64,000 bases of DNA, taken from contig CM120644.1 of NCBI GenBank assembly GCA_051362555.1, positions 3,604,954 to 3,668,953 of the forward strand. Reading direction: 5' to 3'. Position 1 is the stretch's first letter. Every line of letters starts with the position of its first letter. This document shows, one piece after another, positions 49,827 through 62,640 of the stretch. The position numbers and the translations under genes are program-made. Source of the stretch: Lingula anatina (taxonomy: Eukaryota > Animalia > Brachiopoda). A model generated the notes under the pieces. It was given only the letters and a program-made list of their open reading frames with translations, did no database searches and had not been told where the DNA came from.

Positions 49827-50454
49827 CCTTACCTTGCCACAGAACTGGCATGTGTATTTGGAGTGCTGGGACACTTCCATCTTCTTCACCAGTTTCCTGA
49901 GGGAGGCACCATAACGTGTGCCATACTTTCCTACTATTCCCACCTTGCGGGTGCGTTTAGCCTGCAAAACAAACAAGTGGAGTGTAGACAAAATTAAACT
50001 CACGCATTTACTAAATGACATACAACTTTTGTTTCACAAAACTTCAAATACTGGCGAAAGACGGATTATATGAAACGACCTTGTTAAAAAAGTTTTATGC
50101 ACCGAGGCTAGTCAGTTACACTTTTAAAAGAAAATGTCACTGGAATACGTATCACCACACCAGAGCAAGTGTAATGACATAGCGAGACCAGTGGTTTATC
50201 TACACAGCATAAACGCCAAAACTGCAACGGGGTACTACGGTCTTGGAGCTGGGCTGTGATATTCTAAATGTACACATTTAGCCCCTACCATAAAACGGCT
50301 TAGTATTCAAAAAACGAAAGCATACTGTGGTACATCGTTTTCTACACAATGCCCATTATTCTTTTGGGAAAAAGTTAGCTAAATGTTGACTCCATGAAAC
50401 GTAAAATTGAGGTGATTACGGGGGATTTAACATGACCTTCAAAATACTGACCAT
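44990..50454 (-). CDS. RPL37A: 60S ribosomal protein L37a (eL43), 4 coding exons
   Basis: Exons 50454-50452 (ATG), 49961-49833, 49058-48976, 45053-44990 give [24 protein letters not shown]...[54 protein letters not shown]. Confidence 0.97.
45244..45322 (-). ncRNA. Intronic C/D box snoRNA predicted to guide 18S rRNA methylation (human Am668 and Gm683 equivalents)
   Basis: Minus strand: terminal stem GTGCA/TGCAC, C box ATGATGA, D box CTGA. ACGAGCTTTTTAAC is antisense to 18S GUUAAAAAGCUCGU; AGATCCAACT is antisense to 18S AGUUGGAUCU. Sense to the host, RPL37A intron 3. Confidence 0.88.
45337..48715 (-). mobile_element. Non-autonomous Helentron-type element (HINE/DINE-1-like) with central 146-bp tandem repeats
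   Basis: One end: palindromic subTIR TGTACCACCAGCG..CGCTGGTGGTACA (48682-48711). Other end: subTIR copy at ~45371, stem-loop GAGGCGATACCGCCTC and CTAG next to a T-run on the minus strand. Thirteen ~146-bp units in two blocks; a ~350-bp segment is duplicated (46380-46730 and 47730-48080). Confidence 0.8.
49171..49299 (-). ncRNA. H/ACA snoRNA (SNORA10/snR37-like 5' pocket), copy in RPL37A intron 2
   Basis: Minus strand: hairpin CACAG...CTGTG, H box AGATAA, hairpin CACTGG...CCAGTG, ACA + 3 nt. Pocket CCAGCT/CGTT pairs around 28S GAACG-UG-AGCUGG. Confidence 0.8.
50132..50260 (-). ncRNA. H/ACA snoRNA, second copy in RPL37A intron 1
   Basis: About 2 differences from 49171-49299; similarity stops at the predicted RNA ends. 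Confidence 0.8.
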
Positions 50455-50600
50455 TTTCAATGCGGAGCAATGGCAGAAAGGAAGTTGCAACGCGCATGTT
50501 CGAGGAGTGCATTGTGGGATTTATTGCACATGAAAAGGAAATCTGGCGCAAGTGCCCGTGTGGTGTGTTATAAAACTATCAAAAAAGTTTTCAGGTACAC
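50455..50600. promoter_or_regulatory. Bidirectional promoter of RPL37A and ZNF622, with 5'TOP/TCT motif
   Basis: Minus-strand CTTCCTTTCTGCC (50484-50472) just upstream of the RPL37A ATG; GCATTGTGGGA (ZNF143-like) at ~50509; CGCGCATG (NRF1-like). Confidence 0.65.
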
Positions 50601-50972
50601 AGGAGAGTGAAGAGGACGTTACGGGTGAACACATTGTTGCCTACTACGTTTATTTTGTCACTCAACCACCGTTAAGATTTATATTTATCTGAGACCATCG
50701 CGGTACTCGTCTAGTTATTGTCATTACTTCGCATGAAAAGCTTTACTCATTTCTGAAGTTTATTATCTCGTACGTGATAGCATTTAGCGTAAGTTGTTGA
50801 TGGTAAGTGGAAAATTAAAGCTTTGACTTTCATTTGATACCTTTTATACAGATTTAACAGATTGAGTAACAGTATGCAGATGGCAGACAAGATTAAATAT
50901 ACCTGATTCTTAAAATAATACTTTCCAGTTTCACTTCACAGTTTGAACAACTCGGGGGCCCAAGTGACACCA

Positions 50973-53900
50973 ATGCCCAGCATGTCACTGTTTACTTGTA
51001 TAACCTGCCGTGTGGCGTTTGCTGATACTGATGTTCAAAGAGCTCATTACAAGACAGACTGGCATCGCTATAACTTGAAGCGTAAAGTGGCCGAGCTCCC
51101 GCCTGTCACAGCAGAGAGCTTCCAGCAAAAAGTTCTGGTGCAGAGAGCTCAGGTTAGTGCCCACAAAAATAAATAAATAAATAAATAAATAAACAAATAA
51201 ATAAATAAATAAAAATATGAATAAATGAAATGCTACAGATAAATAAGAAGTAAAAGAAAATACATACTTGACTTAATAATAATTATATAGATAAAATGAT
51301 AAAACGAAATAAACAAAATGCAGTGAATGAATAAGTAAATTATATAATAAGAATAATAAAAGAAACAGAAAAAAAGGACTTGATCAAAGCTTTAAAAGGA
51401 TATCTCCTATAGGTTCTCTGTGCTTTTGCCTATGTATAACATACATGTCTTGACTGCATCCCATGCTGTAGGTAGCAGAGCAAGGCAAGGACACCTCAGG
51501 TTACTGTTCCCTATGCAGCAAACACTTCGCCACTGAGAACGCCCTACAGAACCACAACCAGTCCAAAAAACACAAAGAAATTGAGGCCAAACAAGCCAGG
51601 CGTGCGCAGGCTGAAGTCCAAAAAAGAAATGAGAAAAACAAAGTGAAGGGACTGCATGTTTTAGATGAAAATGAGAAGATGTCCCATAAGCAGCCTGCAA
51701 ATGAAGCTCTCAAGGAGCGCTTGTCCGCCACGGGTTCAAGGACCGGAGGGGCAGACATTGAGGTGGAGGAGGAGGTGGAGGAAGGTAGGGGGTGATCTGG
51801 TAGTTTAGAGTTAACAAAATCCTGTTAATTAATGATTGAGGAACAGTCAGCTGTTAATGATTCCAAAAGCTGAAAAGAAATAATTATTTAGAGTGGTTAC
51901 AATTAACTTCATATATTGAAATCAGTTTCTGTAAATTCCCATTTATAAATATGGACAAAGATGAAGGGTTTGATCGATGTCACAAAGCTTGATTTAGTAA
52001 ATTGATAAAGTGTGAATTGGTGTTTTGCAACAATGTAAAACCAGTTGTATTTATCTTCATTTATAAAAAACGGAAAACAATGTGCATTTTAAAACAAGTT
52101 TAATTGCAATATTTGCTTGTGTAATTGACACAGTAGATGAAATTCTCTAGCAAAAAAATTTAATCAGACTTTGTTCAGTAAAGAGTACTAAAACGTTTGA
52201 TCCTCACCCTAGAACTGGTATCAGATGAGGAGTGGGATGATGATGAGGAGGAGATGGCCCTGGAGGAATGTCTGTTCTGTTCAAAGATTCTCTCCTCGCT
52301 GGAGAAGAACATTGAGCACATGAGTGTCAAACACGGCTTCTTCATCCCTGACGCAGAGTACGTAGTGGACTTGGAGGGCCTTGTCACGTATCTAGGTATT
52401 TTGAACTTTAGTTTTTTTATGTGAAATAATTCTCTTGTGGAAATTTAAAGAAGAATGTAGATATTTTTGTTTGGGTATTTCTGTGAACTGTTTACTTTGG
52501 CTTAACGTGAAGGTGAAACTTTTATTTGCTAGGAAAGCCATATATTTTTGTGGGTATGAAAAGTTTCAAAGTGTCGAATCCATTTTTTGCCCCGACAATA
52601 ACCTGGAGATGATAATCAAGGGGGAAATATTGTAATTTCCTGAAAAAATAAATGTTTGCTATATTAAGGTCTTGCACTCATTTTGTAGCTGTAAATTTTA
52701 ATCATATCCAGAACATATTTTAATATGTATTTATAATGGGTAACATGGAAACAAAACAAAAGATTGATTACTTTATGTCACAAGCTCTCTCCCCTGAAGA
52801 GGCATTACCCTTAGTAAATGAAATATTCACAACTGCAGCTGAAAAGGCTCTTAAATCAAGAAAATACACCTCAGTCCACCCTCGAAAAAACAAGAAAAGG
52901 GCAACATGGTACAGCAATGACTTAAAATCTCTGAGGTCCCACTTAAAAAACTTAGCAAAACTTAGGAGCAAGAAACCCTTTGACAATTCAGTCAATGCAT
53001 CATACTACCAAACATTCAATCGTTATAAGAGAGGATGTAAGAAAGCAAAAAAAGAATATAAAAAAGGCCTACTTCAAAAGTTGCAATCCATGGAAAATGC
53101 AAATCCCAAATGTTTCTGGAAAGCGGTTAAAGATTTAAATATGGAGTCTACACAAACTGAATTTATTGAACCAAGTGAATTTTATGAGTATTTTAAAAGT
53201 CTTTGTGAGGAAACTGAATCAAGTAAACATAACTTTAATAAAGACTTCAAGCTTAAAATAGAAAATAAACTAAGGCAAAGTGAAATGAATTCTCCAGACA
53301 GAACTGCACTTGACCATGACATTAGTGCTGATGAGATTATGAGCAATATAAAAAAATTGAAAAATGGCAAATCAACAGGGGAAGACAAGGTAACCAACGA
53401 AATGATAAAATCAGGGAAGGATTATCTTATAGATGTAATTGTAAAATTGTTCAATATCATATACAAAAGTGCTAAGTACCCATCAATATGGAACAAGGCA
53501 TATATAGTCCCTATCCACAAATCTGGTGATGAATCAAATGTTAACAACTACAGGGGAATATCTATTACAAGCTGCCTCGGAAAGCTGTACAACTCGGTCC
53601 TGTTAAACAGAATTCAAGCACACGCATCCCAACAAGGGGTACCCGTACCTCATCAAACTGGGTTTAAACATGGTCATGGTACTTCAGATAATATCTTTAT
53701 ATTTAAGTCCATTATTACAAAATTTATGAAAGGAAAGAAAAAATTATACACATGTTTCATCGACTTTTCAAAAGCATTCGATAGTGTTTGGAGGAATGGA
53801 CTATTGTTCAAGCTAAGTACTCTAGGAATAAGAGGACTTATGTACAAAAACATTAAAAGCATGTATGAAAACTCCCAAGCATGTGTTAAGACAAGTAGTG

Positions 53901-56900
53901 GTATCTCCCCAGCCTTTAATACAACACTAGGTGTAAAGCAAGGTGACACATTGAGCCCATTTCTTTTTAATATTTTTATTGATGACCTTCTTAGATCAAT
54001 TGATGGCGAAAGTGCTGCAAGTCCAGATATAAATGGAATACCAATACAAGGTTTACTTTATGCTGATGACCTCATCCTTATGTCCAAGACCCCCAATGGG
54101 CTAAGGCAAAGTTTGGAAATAGTAGAAAATTTCTGTAACAAGTGGAGACTGACTGTAAATGTCACCAAAACTAAAATAGTTATTTTCAACTCAAAATCAA
54201 AAGCTCACAGTGAAAAATTTTTTCTGTATGGAAAACCAATCCAAGAGGTCAACAAATACATGTATCTAGGTCTCCTTCTAAATCGATCAGGAAACTTTAC
54301 AGAAACCAAAAATAATCTCCTACAACGTGCTACAAAGGCATTCTTCAGTCTGTCCAAGTCTCTTCCACTTCAGAGTAATGTTAACACATCCTTAAAAGAG
54401 AAATTATTTGATACCCTCATTTCCCCAATCCTTACATATTGCTCAGAGATATGGGGCTACTCGGTGTCAATGGATAACTGCCCTACAGAAAAGTTGCACC
54501 TAAAATTTTGCAAACAAATCCTTGGCCTCCATCAAAACGTATCAAACTATGGTGTATACACTGAACTTGGCCGCCTTCCCCTCTATGCAAAAATACAGTT
54601 TGCATCTGTCAAACTATGGTGTAAAATTATTCAAATGTCTGATGCTACACTAATGAAACAAGCATACATACAAGAGATAAATGGTTACAAGTTGCTGACA
54701 CCCTATGTCCCACCCGCAGTCCACACACTCAGACCAGCCTGTATGTCATGGTCTGAGGGTATCCGAAAAATCCTTTTCACATTTGGCCTTGGTGATGTGT
54801 GGCTTAGCCAGTCACCTCCAAAAAACTTCACCACAATTTTCAAACAAAGACAAACTGACCACTTTACCCAAATATGCAATTGCAAACTTCAAGCCAACAG
54901 TAAATTATCTCTCTTCCGTATACTTAACCAAAAGTGTGAAAGGGCAACTTATGTTGATAAAATAACAAATTACGACACCTTGTCAACCCTTGCTAAACTA
55001 CGTCTTAGTGACCATAAACTCCACATCGAAACTGGGCGGCACACCAGGCCAAAAACTGAAAGGTGCGACAGAATCTGTCGCCTGTGCACACAAGGGGTAA
55101 TTGAGGATGAATACCATTTTATATTCCAATGCCCAATGTACAAAACAGACTGAGTCACCTTTTTCAGTAAATCCTCATTCCTAAAAGCTGATTCAAGGTC
55201 ACCAGACAGTCAATTATGCCATGTATTTAACAGTGCCAACAAAGATACTTTGGTGTCCCTCTCCAACTTTATAATCAAATCATTCAAGAAAAGAAGTGAA
55301 GTGGTTGCTCTGCTTGGTAACTCTTAGCATATCCCTTAAAATGTCAGTGTATGGTCCCACTGTTGTGAGAAGTGACTCGGCAGTGGGACTGAACATGGCA
55401 CAGTATTTATATCTGTGTAACTTATTTACTTATCTGTCTTATGTAATTGTCATTAATCGTAATTATCAATGTCATCAAACTGACTCTGAACAGCCATGTA
55501 AACAGCTATGTAACGATGGTTTTAAGTTTTTTAAAAACATATTCTTTTTGTGTAACATGTTTATAGTATGTTTATGGTAAATTTATAATCACACCAAGGT
55601 TTATCTCATTGCTTAGATAGAATATTTTATGAGTAATTTTACTAGTACTAATCTTCATTATATAAAAAGATGATAATGCACTAACTGTATTGTATCGTCA
55701 TTTGTATATCATATTGTACAAGGTCATGACAATCTATGTACCAGTACAGAAATAAATTGAATTGAATTGAATATAATCAAAATGTTTTGGTTTAGAGTAT
55801 TTGACTTGAGTGTTCCATATGTTTTCATAGGAGAAAAAGTTGCCATGGGACATGTGTGTCTGTGGTGTAATGAGAAGGGACGGTCATTCCACACCAAGAA
55901 GTCAGTCCAGCAACATATGGTGGACAAAGGGCACTGTATGCTCACCTCTGAAGGAGACGCCATGTTGGAGTATGCAGATTTCTATGATTACAGGTAAGAT
56001 ATTGGAGTATGTATATTGTATTTTGGAATATGCAGATATATAATAACAGGTAAGAAATTGGTATTGGCAAGTTTGTGGTAAGTCACTTTTAATATTTAAG
56101 GTAGATTAGCTCATATGGCATTTTAAATGACTATTTTTTGGTGGGGGGGGGGGGGGGGGGTCTAATCTACTGGTTGTTGGATGATTTTACCAATTTACTT
56201 TCTTTAATAAATCAAATTTACTTCCCTTTCCAGTTATATGAATTAAATGTGTTGTCTGTACTGTACCAGTTTGACTGGAGAATACATGTGTTTATGTAAT
56301 TTCACTTTATGGAGTTTTACTCTCTCTTACACACCCCAAATTAATCTGATAAACTGATCATTTTGAGTGCAGCTAATTTAAGGTGACTCGCGCAATAGGC
56401 AGGCCATTATATTGTCAATCTCTCAAACTGAAAATGGTACAGAAAACTCCATATGAAAAATGTTTTTCACCATGCTGCCCCAGCAGGGATGAAATTTTTC
56501 CCTCTTTGGGAGCCAGAAATATCATTGGCCTAGCTGGCCCCCCTGGACTCCATGACATATTATCCAACTTTTTCACAAAGGCAGTCCCTGTAGTAGCCAA
56601 AATATGTTTAGGAATAGACTGGACATTTGGTCTTTGTTAAAGTGGAGCTCCTTTGTTTTGTTTTACACAGGAGCAGCTACCCAGACTACCAAGAGGGGGG
56701 TGATGGGGACCAACAGAATGACGAGGAACAGTCTGAGGGCATCCAACCTGAACTGCTGCTGGAGGAGGGATATCAACTGGTGCTGCCATCTGGTGAGTGT
56801 GACCTTGACCTGGACTTCGAACTTTTACCTTCAAGTTTCAAGTGCTGTAGCCCTTCCCTGTTCTGTTGAAAGTTAATCTCTGCTTGAAATCCCCTCTGTT

Positions 56901-57556
56901 GTTATGAAGTTTAAATCATTGGAAAGCGTTGCCTTACATAAGTGGTTTCATCATCTTGTCAATAATGCCCTCCCTGGTGCTGCTACCTAGTGAGCATTTT
57001 CCATTGGGTACATGTATTAGCCCAGTGTCTAGCTTTCAGCCAGAGGAATTTATGGTCAGGATGAGTTTATGTCATGTTTATTTCCAGGCTCTGTAATTGG
57101 GCACAGGTCTTTGATGAAGTATTACAAGCAGAACCTCCCCCCAGTGAGGTCACAGAACAGATCCCTGGTAGCCAAGGTGACAGCACATTACAAGGCTCTA
57201 GCTTGGACAGGAATGACAGGTAAGATTGGAAGACGCTGCTGCAGGTGGGGGGGGGGGGGGAGAGCTTTGTTTCATCAGTGGCTTTAATGTCAGAAGTTTG
57301 TTGAAGTTGTATGTATATTTCATAGTTTGAAGCTGTAGCCAATGGCAGGTTCACACATTTACAGGGAGGGGGGTACAGCAGTACCAATTTTCATACTGGT
57401 TGGGAAATTGTCTTTAATTAGCTTGTAAGCCATATCTCTATGTCCCAGCCTTGTAGTTTCAATTTAGATAAGTTCAACAAAATAATGAAATATTTTATGT
57501 TATTACAGTGTATACTGTTTTGTTTTACTTATTTTTATTTTAGCATTTTTATTCAT

Positions 57557-57591
<35 letters not shown>

Positions 57592-57725
57592 TTTTTCCAG
57601 GTCAGGCATCTGTGCAGAGAGCACGTGATATCCAGTATGTGCAGAAATTGCGGCAGCGGCACCACCTCAAGCTAGGCATGAAAGCAAACATGCAAAAACA
57701 CTACAGGGACCAGAACCCAATCTAA
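50973..57725 (+). CDS. ZNF622: Zinc finger protein 622 (Rei1-like cytoplasmic pre-60S factor), 7 coding exons
   Basis: FTCITCRVAF...QRAHYKTDWHRYNLKRKVAELPPV, YCSLCSKHF..ENALQNHNQSKKH, ECLFC...HMSVKHGFFIPDAEY..DLEGLVTYLGEKV, CLWCNEKGRSF...VQQHMVDKGHC, YADFYDYRSSYP, LVLPSGSVIGHRSLMKYYKQ; stop after RDQNPI. Confidence 0.95.
52738..55771 (+). mobile_element. 5'-truncated second copy of the same LINE in ZNF622 intron 3
   Basis: Near-identical to ~10160-13186; TATAAT at 52732-52737 and 55772-55777 (candidate TSD); CGA>TGA stop at 55151-55153; (ATTGA)n tail. Confidence 0.95.
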
Positions 57726-58336
57726 AACAGGCCAGTGTGTCTGGGATTCAAAAGTGATGTAAAATGACAGTTACTACAAAGATAACAGGGAAGAAACGTG
57801 GACGTTATTCCATTTGCAACAAAGGTCAATAATTGCGTAAAATGTTGCAGGGAATAGAAACCTCTGTGAAATTTTGTTATGGCTGCCAGTCTGTTGTAAA
57901 GAATAGTTTATGAAATGAGCTTGTTCTTATATTAAAATTATTGATTCATTCACCTCTGAAATAGCGAGAAGTCTCTCCTCGCTGCTTGATGGGTTACACC
58001 AATATGAAATCTTGTAATTAAAATGATAATATCAACATCAATTATTACGATTATAATAATCATATTTCTCAAAACTAAACGCATTTGGTTTTTGCAAAAA
58101 GACGACGGACAATTACAAAGTAAAACATCAAGGAAGATATGATAAGCCACATTTGAAATATTTAGAAGTTCAAATGTAAAATGTAGATGCAGAGTGACAC
58201 GACACCATGAACTTTGTCTTTTACAAAATGATCATATTTCAAACGGCACATCTGAGTATGCGTGGTCTCCAGTTACAAAACTTGGCGTCCCTAATTTCCG
58301 AACCATCCCGTTTACTGTACCTTTGAATGTGTACTC

Positions 58337-59981
58337 AATAACGGGTACCGGAGAGATCAGCATTGGTCAGAATTGTGCCGGAAGTGACGTGCAGTGGTGT
58401 TAGAAGCGAAGCTGAGTGGTCATTTTAACATAGAGGTGAACGGCAGTGAAGACGGGTTGTCGGAGGAAAAAGAAGTTTTCTAAACAACATGGTAAGATAA
58501 CTCTCCTTTTTTACGCATTTTGGGCAGAGAATGCTTGTAGAAATAATAGACGCATGATATGAAAACGTGACACGTAACTTGAAGGTGCAAAATCGTGCTT
58601 AATTTGCGGTCAACTTGTTTAGAAATAAATGCTGCGTCGACAGCCAGCGCGACAAAAAGCGTAAAGGGGAAATAATTCCCGGGAGTCTATAAATCGTTGT
58701 CATGTGGAAATTTGGCATTAATATAATCCGATATGTCCATATCTAAGTATTTTTGGGTGTTTTATGGTATGGGCTGCAATTACAACGATGTTTTAGAGGT
58801 CTTGAAGGACCTTGTGAAAACCAGGAAGTAGTTCGTAACTAACAAGTGGAATGTACCGATCTCCGACTGCTGTGCACAGCTGTATCTTTTTTTTCAATAT
58901 ATTGACGAATTTTTAGATCTTTATATGTCCATCTGGCATGAAATTCCACACACATGATCACACTGATACACCTTTTACACTGGGGAAGGCGCTCATCGGT
59001 ACAAATATACAATAAAGTGCAATGCATTCACAGGACAAATAAAACATTTCACTGACAAGATCTTCCCAAAAAGACAAAAAGAGAATTCAGGTGAGCTGAC
59101 AGGTAATTAAGACTGGCTCAAAGTACTAATAATTGACATTATTATGCAATACTCAGTTGGTAAAACGATTCTCACAGGTAGATAAGATGTAACATGACCA
59201 ATTTCTATAGGCTAATGATTGCCAGCCTGAGGAAAGTGATTGCCAGTCTCTTTTGTCATTGATTTTTAACTCAGATAAGAGGCTGTCAGAATGTCACCTT
59301 TGTCTTGGCATTTGTCACTGATTAGCGCCTTCCCCAGTGTAAAAGGTGTATCAGTGTGATCATGTGTGTGGAATTTCATGCAAGATGGACATATAAAGAT
59401 CTAAAAATTCGTCAATATATTGAAAAAAAAGATACAACTGTGCACAGCAGTCGGAGATCGGTACATTCCACTTGTTAGTTACGAACTACTTCCTGGTTTT
59501 CACAAGGTCCTTCAAGACCTCTAAAACATCGTTGTTATTGGAGGCCATACCATAAAACACCCAAAAATACTTAGATATGGACATATCGGATTATATTAAT
59601 GCCAAATTTCCACATGACAACGATTTAAAGACTCCCGGGAATTATTTCCCCTTTACGCTTTTTGTCGCGCTGGCGGTCGACGCAGCATTTATTTCTAAAC
59701 AAGTTGACCGCAAATTAAGCACGATTTTGCACCTTCAAGTTCCGTGTCACGTTTTCATATCATGCGTCTATTATTTCTACAAGTATTCTCTGCCCAAAAT
59801 GCGTAAAAAAGGAGAGTTATCTTACCATGTTGTTTAGAAAACTTCTTTTTCCTCCGACAACCCGTCTTCACTGCCGTTCACCTCTATGTTAAAATGACCA
59901 CTCATCTTCGCTTCTAACACCACTGCACGTCACTTCCGGCACAATTCTGACCAATGCTGATCTTCTCCGGTACCCGTTATT
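58337..59981. repeat. Long inverted repeat (~670-bp arms, ~300-bp spacer) containing a promoter-like segment and a candidate ATG|GT first exon
   Basis: 58337-59006 is the reverse complement of 59310-59981 with scattered differences; contains ATTGG, CCGGAAGTGACGT and CAACATG|GTAAG (58489). Confidence 0.93.
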
Positions 59982-62102
59982 CACACTTTGAAGTTAATCG
60001 TAGATGTTTTTGGACAGTGGCGCTGTTTGTAGTATTGTACATTAAAGAATCAAATGACCACTTGACGTTTAGCATGAATTAGAATTTAATACACGAAAAT
60101 ACGAAATATTGTTTTGTTAGACCTGAAAAGAATCCAGTTGTAAACTGTTTGACAGTTTCATCATTACACAATAGTGACTCGACAAAATAGAAATATTATT
60201 TTAGAGTAGCAACAGTTTATAAAAACATTGAAAGTGTGTATGTCTCTTTTATTTGTTTAGAATTAAACTTTTTGTATTAATTTTATATGGAGAAATCACT
60301 AATTTAGATTTTGGAGTAGCCTCAAACATATCTCATTAATATGAGCAATAAAATTTAGGTCAACACGTTCCTTTTTACCAAAAATGACAAATTAACAAAA
60401 ATGACGATTTTATATCTAAATTGCGAGCATATAAGTTGGCAGTTTGAGTCCAGCATATGATGTTTTCCCACTCTTTTTGAGCACGAGAAAGGTAATTATT
60501 AATACTAAAAGCACACGATGCGCGTTAGACCTTTTTAAACAATAACCACATTTGCTGGATATTCAGCATATTTTTGTTTATCAGCAAGGTATTCCCAATC
60601 CAAAACCGTAAACAAAAATAAAGATTTATATACCCGTTTCTAGCTGACTTTCAAAATTTGAGTTTTCAACAGATTTTCAGAGTAACTTGACATCCATACT
60701 CCCTTAAACCTAATTATTGATTGTACGACCCAGATGTGAAATCACCTAGACCGAGTCCAAGCAATTACGTAATAGCCACAGTGTAAACATACTGTGGGCA
60801 TAACGTCTACCTGTATAAAGTAGATTATATATATGGACAAAAATAGCCAATTGTGTTATACAGGAAGTCTATTGTGTTGTGCGGAGCAAAGATTCACATG
60901 GGTTGACTGGAGTACCGTGAGTCTTCGGTGATAGTGGACAAGCTTAAATACCTACATTTGTACCTGGTACATGTGGCTTGTTGTTCTGGACCTGGAATAG
61001 AGATAAAACAAAGGTTTGTCTGCTTAGGTCTGTCTAAATCTAGATTATTTAATGGCTTGTGCGTTGAAGTCCGAGACTCTATAAAGAAACGGACTTATTA
61101 ATGGTAATAGGACCTTTGATTTTGTACAATGTACATATACAATGTACGCACAAAGCTGAATACACGAGGTAAATGTTATCAGTTTCAAAATGGAATTCCA
61201 CGACGCTTTTCCACGTTTCATTGTTTTTTTAATCATTGTACTTAAATGTTGAAGTGTGTCATTCCCTATGTGATTTTATACACGAAAACAGTTCCATCTT
61301 TCAAAAAGTGACCGTGTGCTAGCTAATCTACTTCCCCGATGAAATCTGGCTGGTCAGCTGATGAAGTATAGGCTGGCGAAGTAACATTTTGGCTCATTTT
61401 TCCATAGCTGTGACAGACAAATGAAACTGTGTTTGTTTGTCGCCTTTAAACTGTGTCACGAGCTCGTGCAAAGTGACTAAAGTGAGTTTCTACTAGTCTG
61501 GTCGATTAAACACGCACTGGTAAATAATGTCTTTGGGAATATTGAGTGTCTGCTTGGGAATTGATTTGAACTAGCAGCAGCATTTTACTAAAGCCCCATT
61601 ACGGGGTTATCTAGTTTTATGACTGTCACAAGTCTACAAACCGTACTCTAAGGGGGGGGGGGGGGGGGGTAATGCTCTCGGAACGCCTTTGGAAAATAAT
61701 AAAAATGATGATCCAGATTGCTGTCGAAGGTCACCATTTTAAACATTTCCACATTGTAGGCCTACTCTCTAAAAAGGATGGGGGGGGGGGGGGTCTGGAA
61801 AAGGTCTACTCTTTGTAGACTTGTGAAAATGATGACAAAAATGGATTATTATAACTCAAAGGTCCATTGGCATACATAATGCTAGAAGTAGGGTAAATAT
61901 GACCGCAGATTATGTGGGAGCAGGTTTTTTTTTTATTCGTTTCCCATCTATAGGAAACGTACAGTACTTCAGAAAATTTTTATGGTGTTGTCAAATAGAT
62001 GGATAAGCTCATTGAGCAATACTGATACCCATAAATGCATATACTGCAATCACAAATATGGGTTCTGTTATCTACTTACTTACTAAACGAGGGTCCAATA
62101 TA

Positions 62103-62640
62103 CAGGGTGGTCCATAAAAAACAACCTACTTTACTTCCATCTCAGTTTTTATATATAACATAGATATTTTTTCACCGAATTGTTCCATTTAATTATTGCA
62201 AATTCTGCAGAAATTGGAAACCTTTAAGGCAGACGTCATCATCTCACTTCCAACGGACTTTCCTTGGCCACCCTTCTCGCCAGATCTCAACCCCCCCAGA
62301 TTTCTCCCTTTGGGGAATACCTTAAGGAAAGAATCTATGTTTACAATCCACAAACTCTTTGAAGACCAACAGACTAGGAGAAGTAAGGAACAGTTCGGCT
62401 GATATGATTGCAAGAGTCACTGCCAATTTCAGTGTTCATGTGGCAGCCGTTATTCAGCAACGAGGAGCATGGATAGAGCACATTATCAATTATTTAAATT
62501 AGACTACCTTAAAGCTTTCCAATTTCTGCAGAATTTGGAAGGATAAAATGGTCATCCTTATAGAACAATATAATAACACGTAGGCCTATATCAAAATTGA
62601 GATGAAAGTAAAATAGGTCATTTTTTTATGGACCACCCTG
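62103..62640 (+). mobile_element. Internally deleted Tc1/mariner-superfamily element
   Basis: TIRs CAGGGTGGTCCATAAAAAA / TTTTTTATGGACCACCCTG, TA TSDs, transposase remnant WPPFSPDLNP..DF...GEYLKERIY; a solo related end lies at ~34441. Confidence 0.9.

Noticed and set aside
52736-55153. 805-aa RT ORF as a domesticated gene
   Set aside because: Start codon comes from the flank/TSD junction; 5'-truncated, premature stop, near-identical to the mobile copy.
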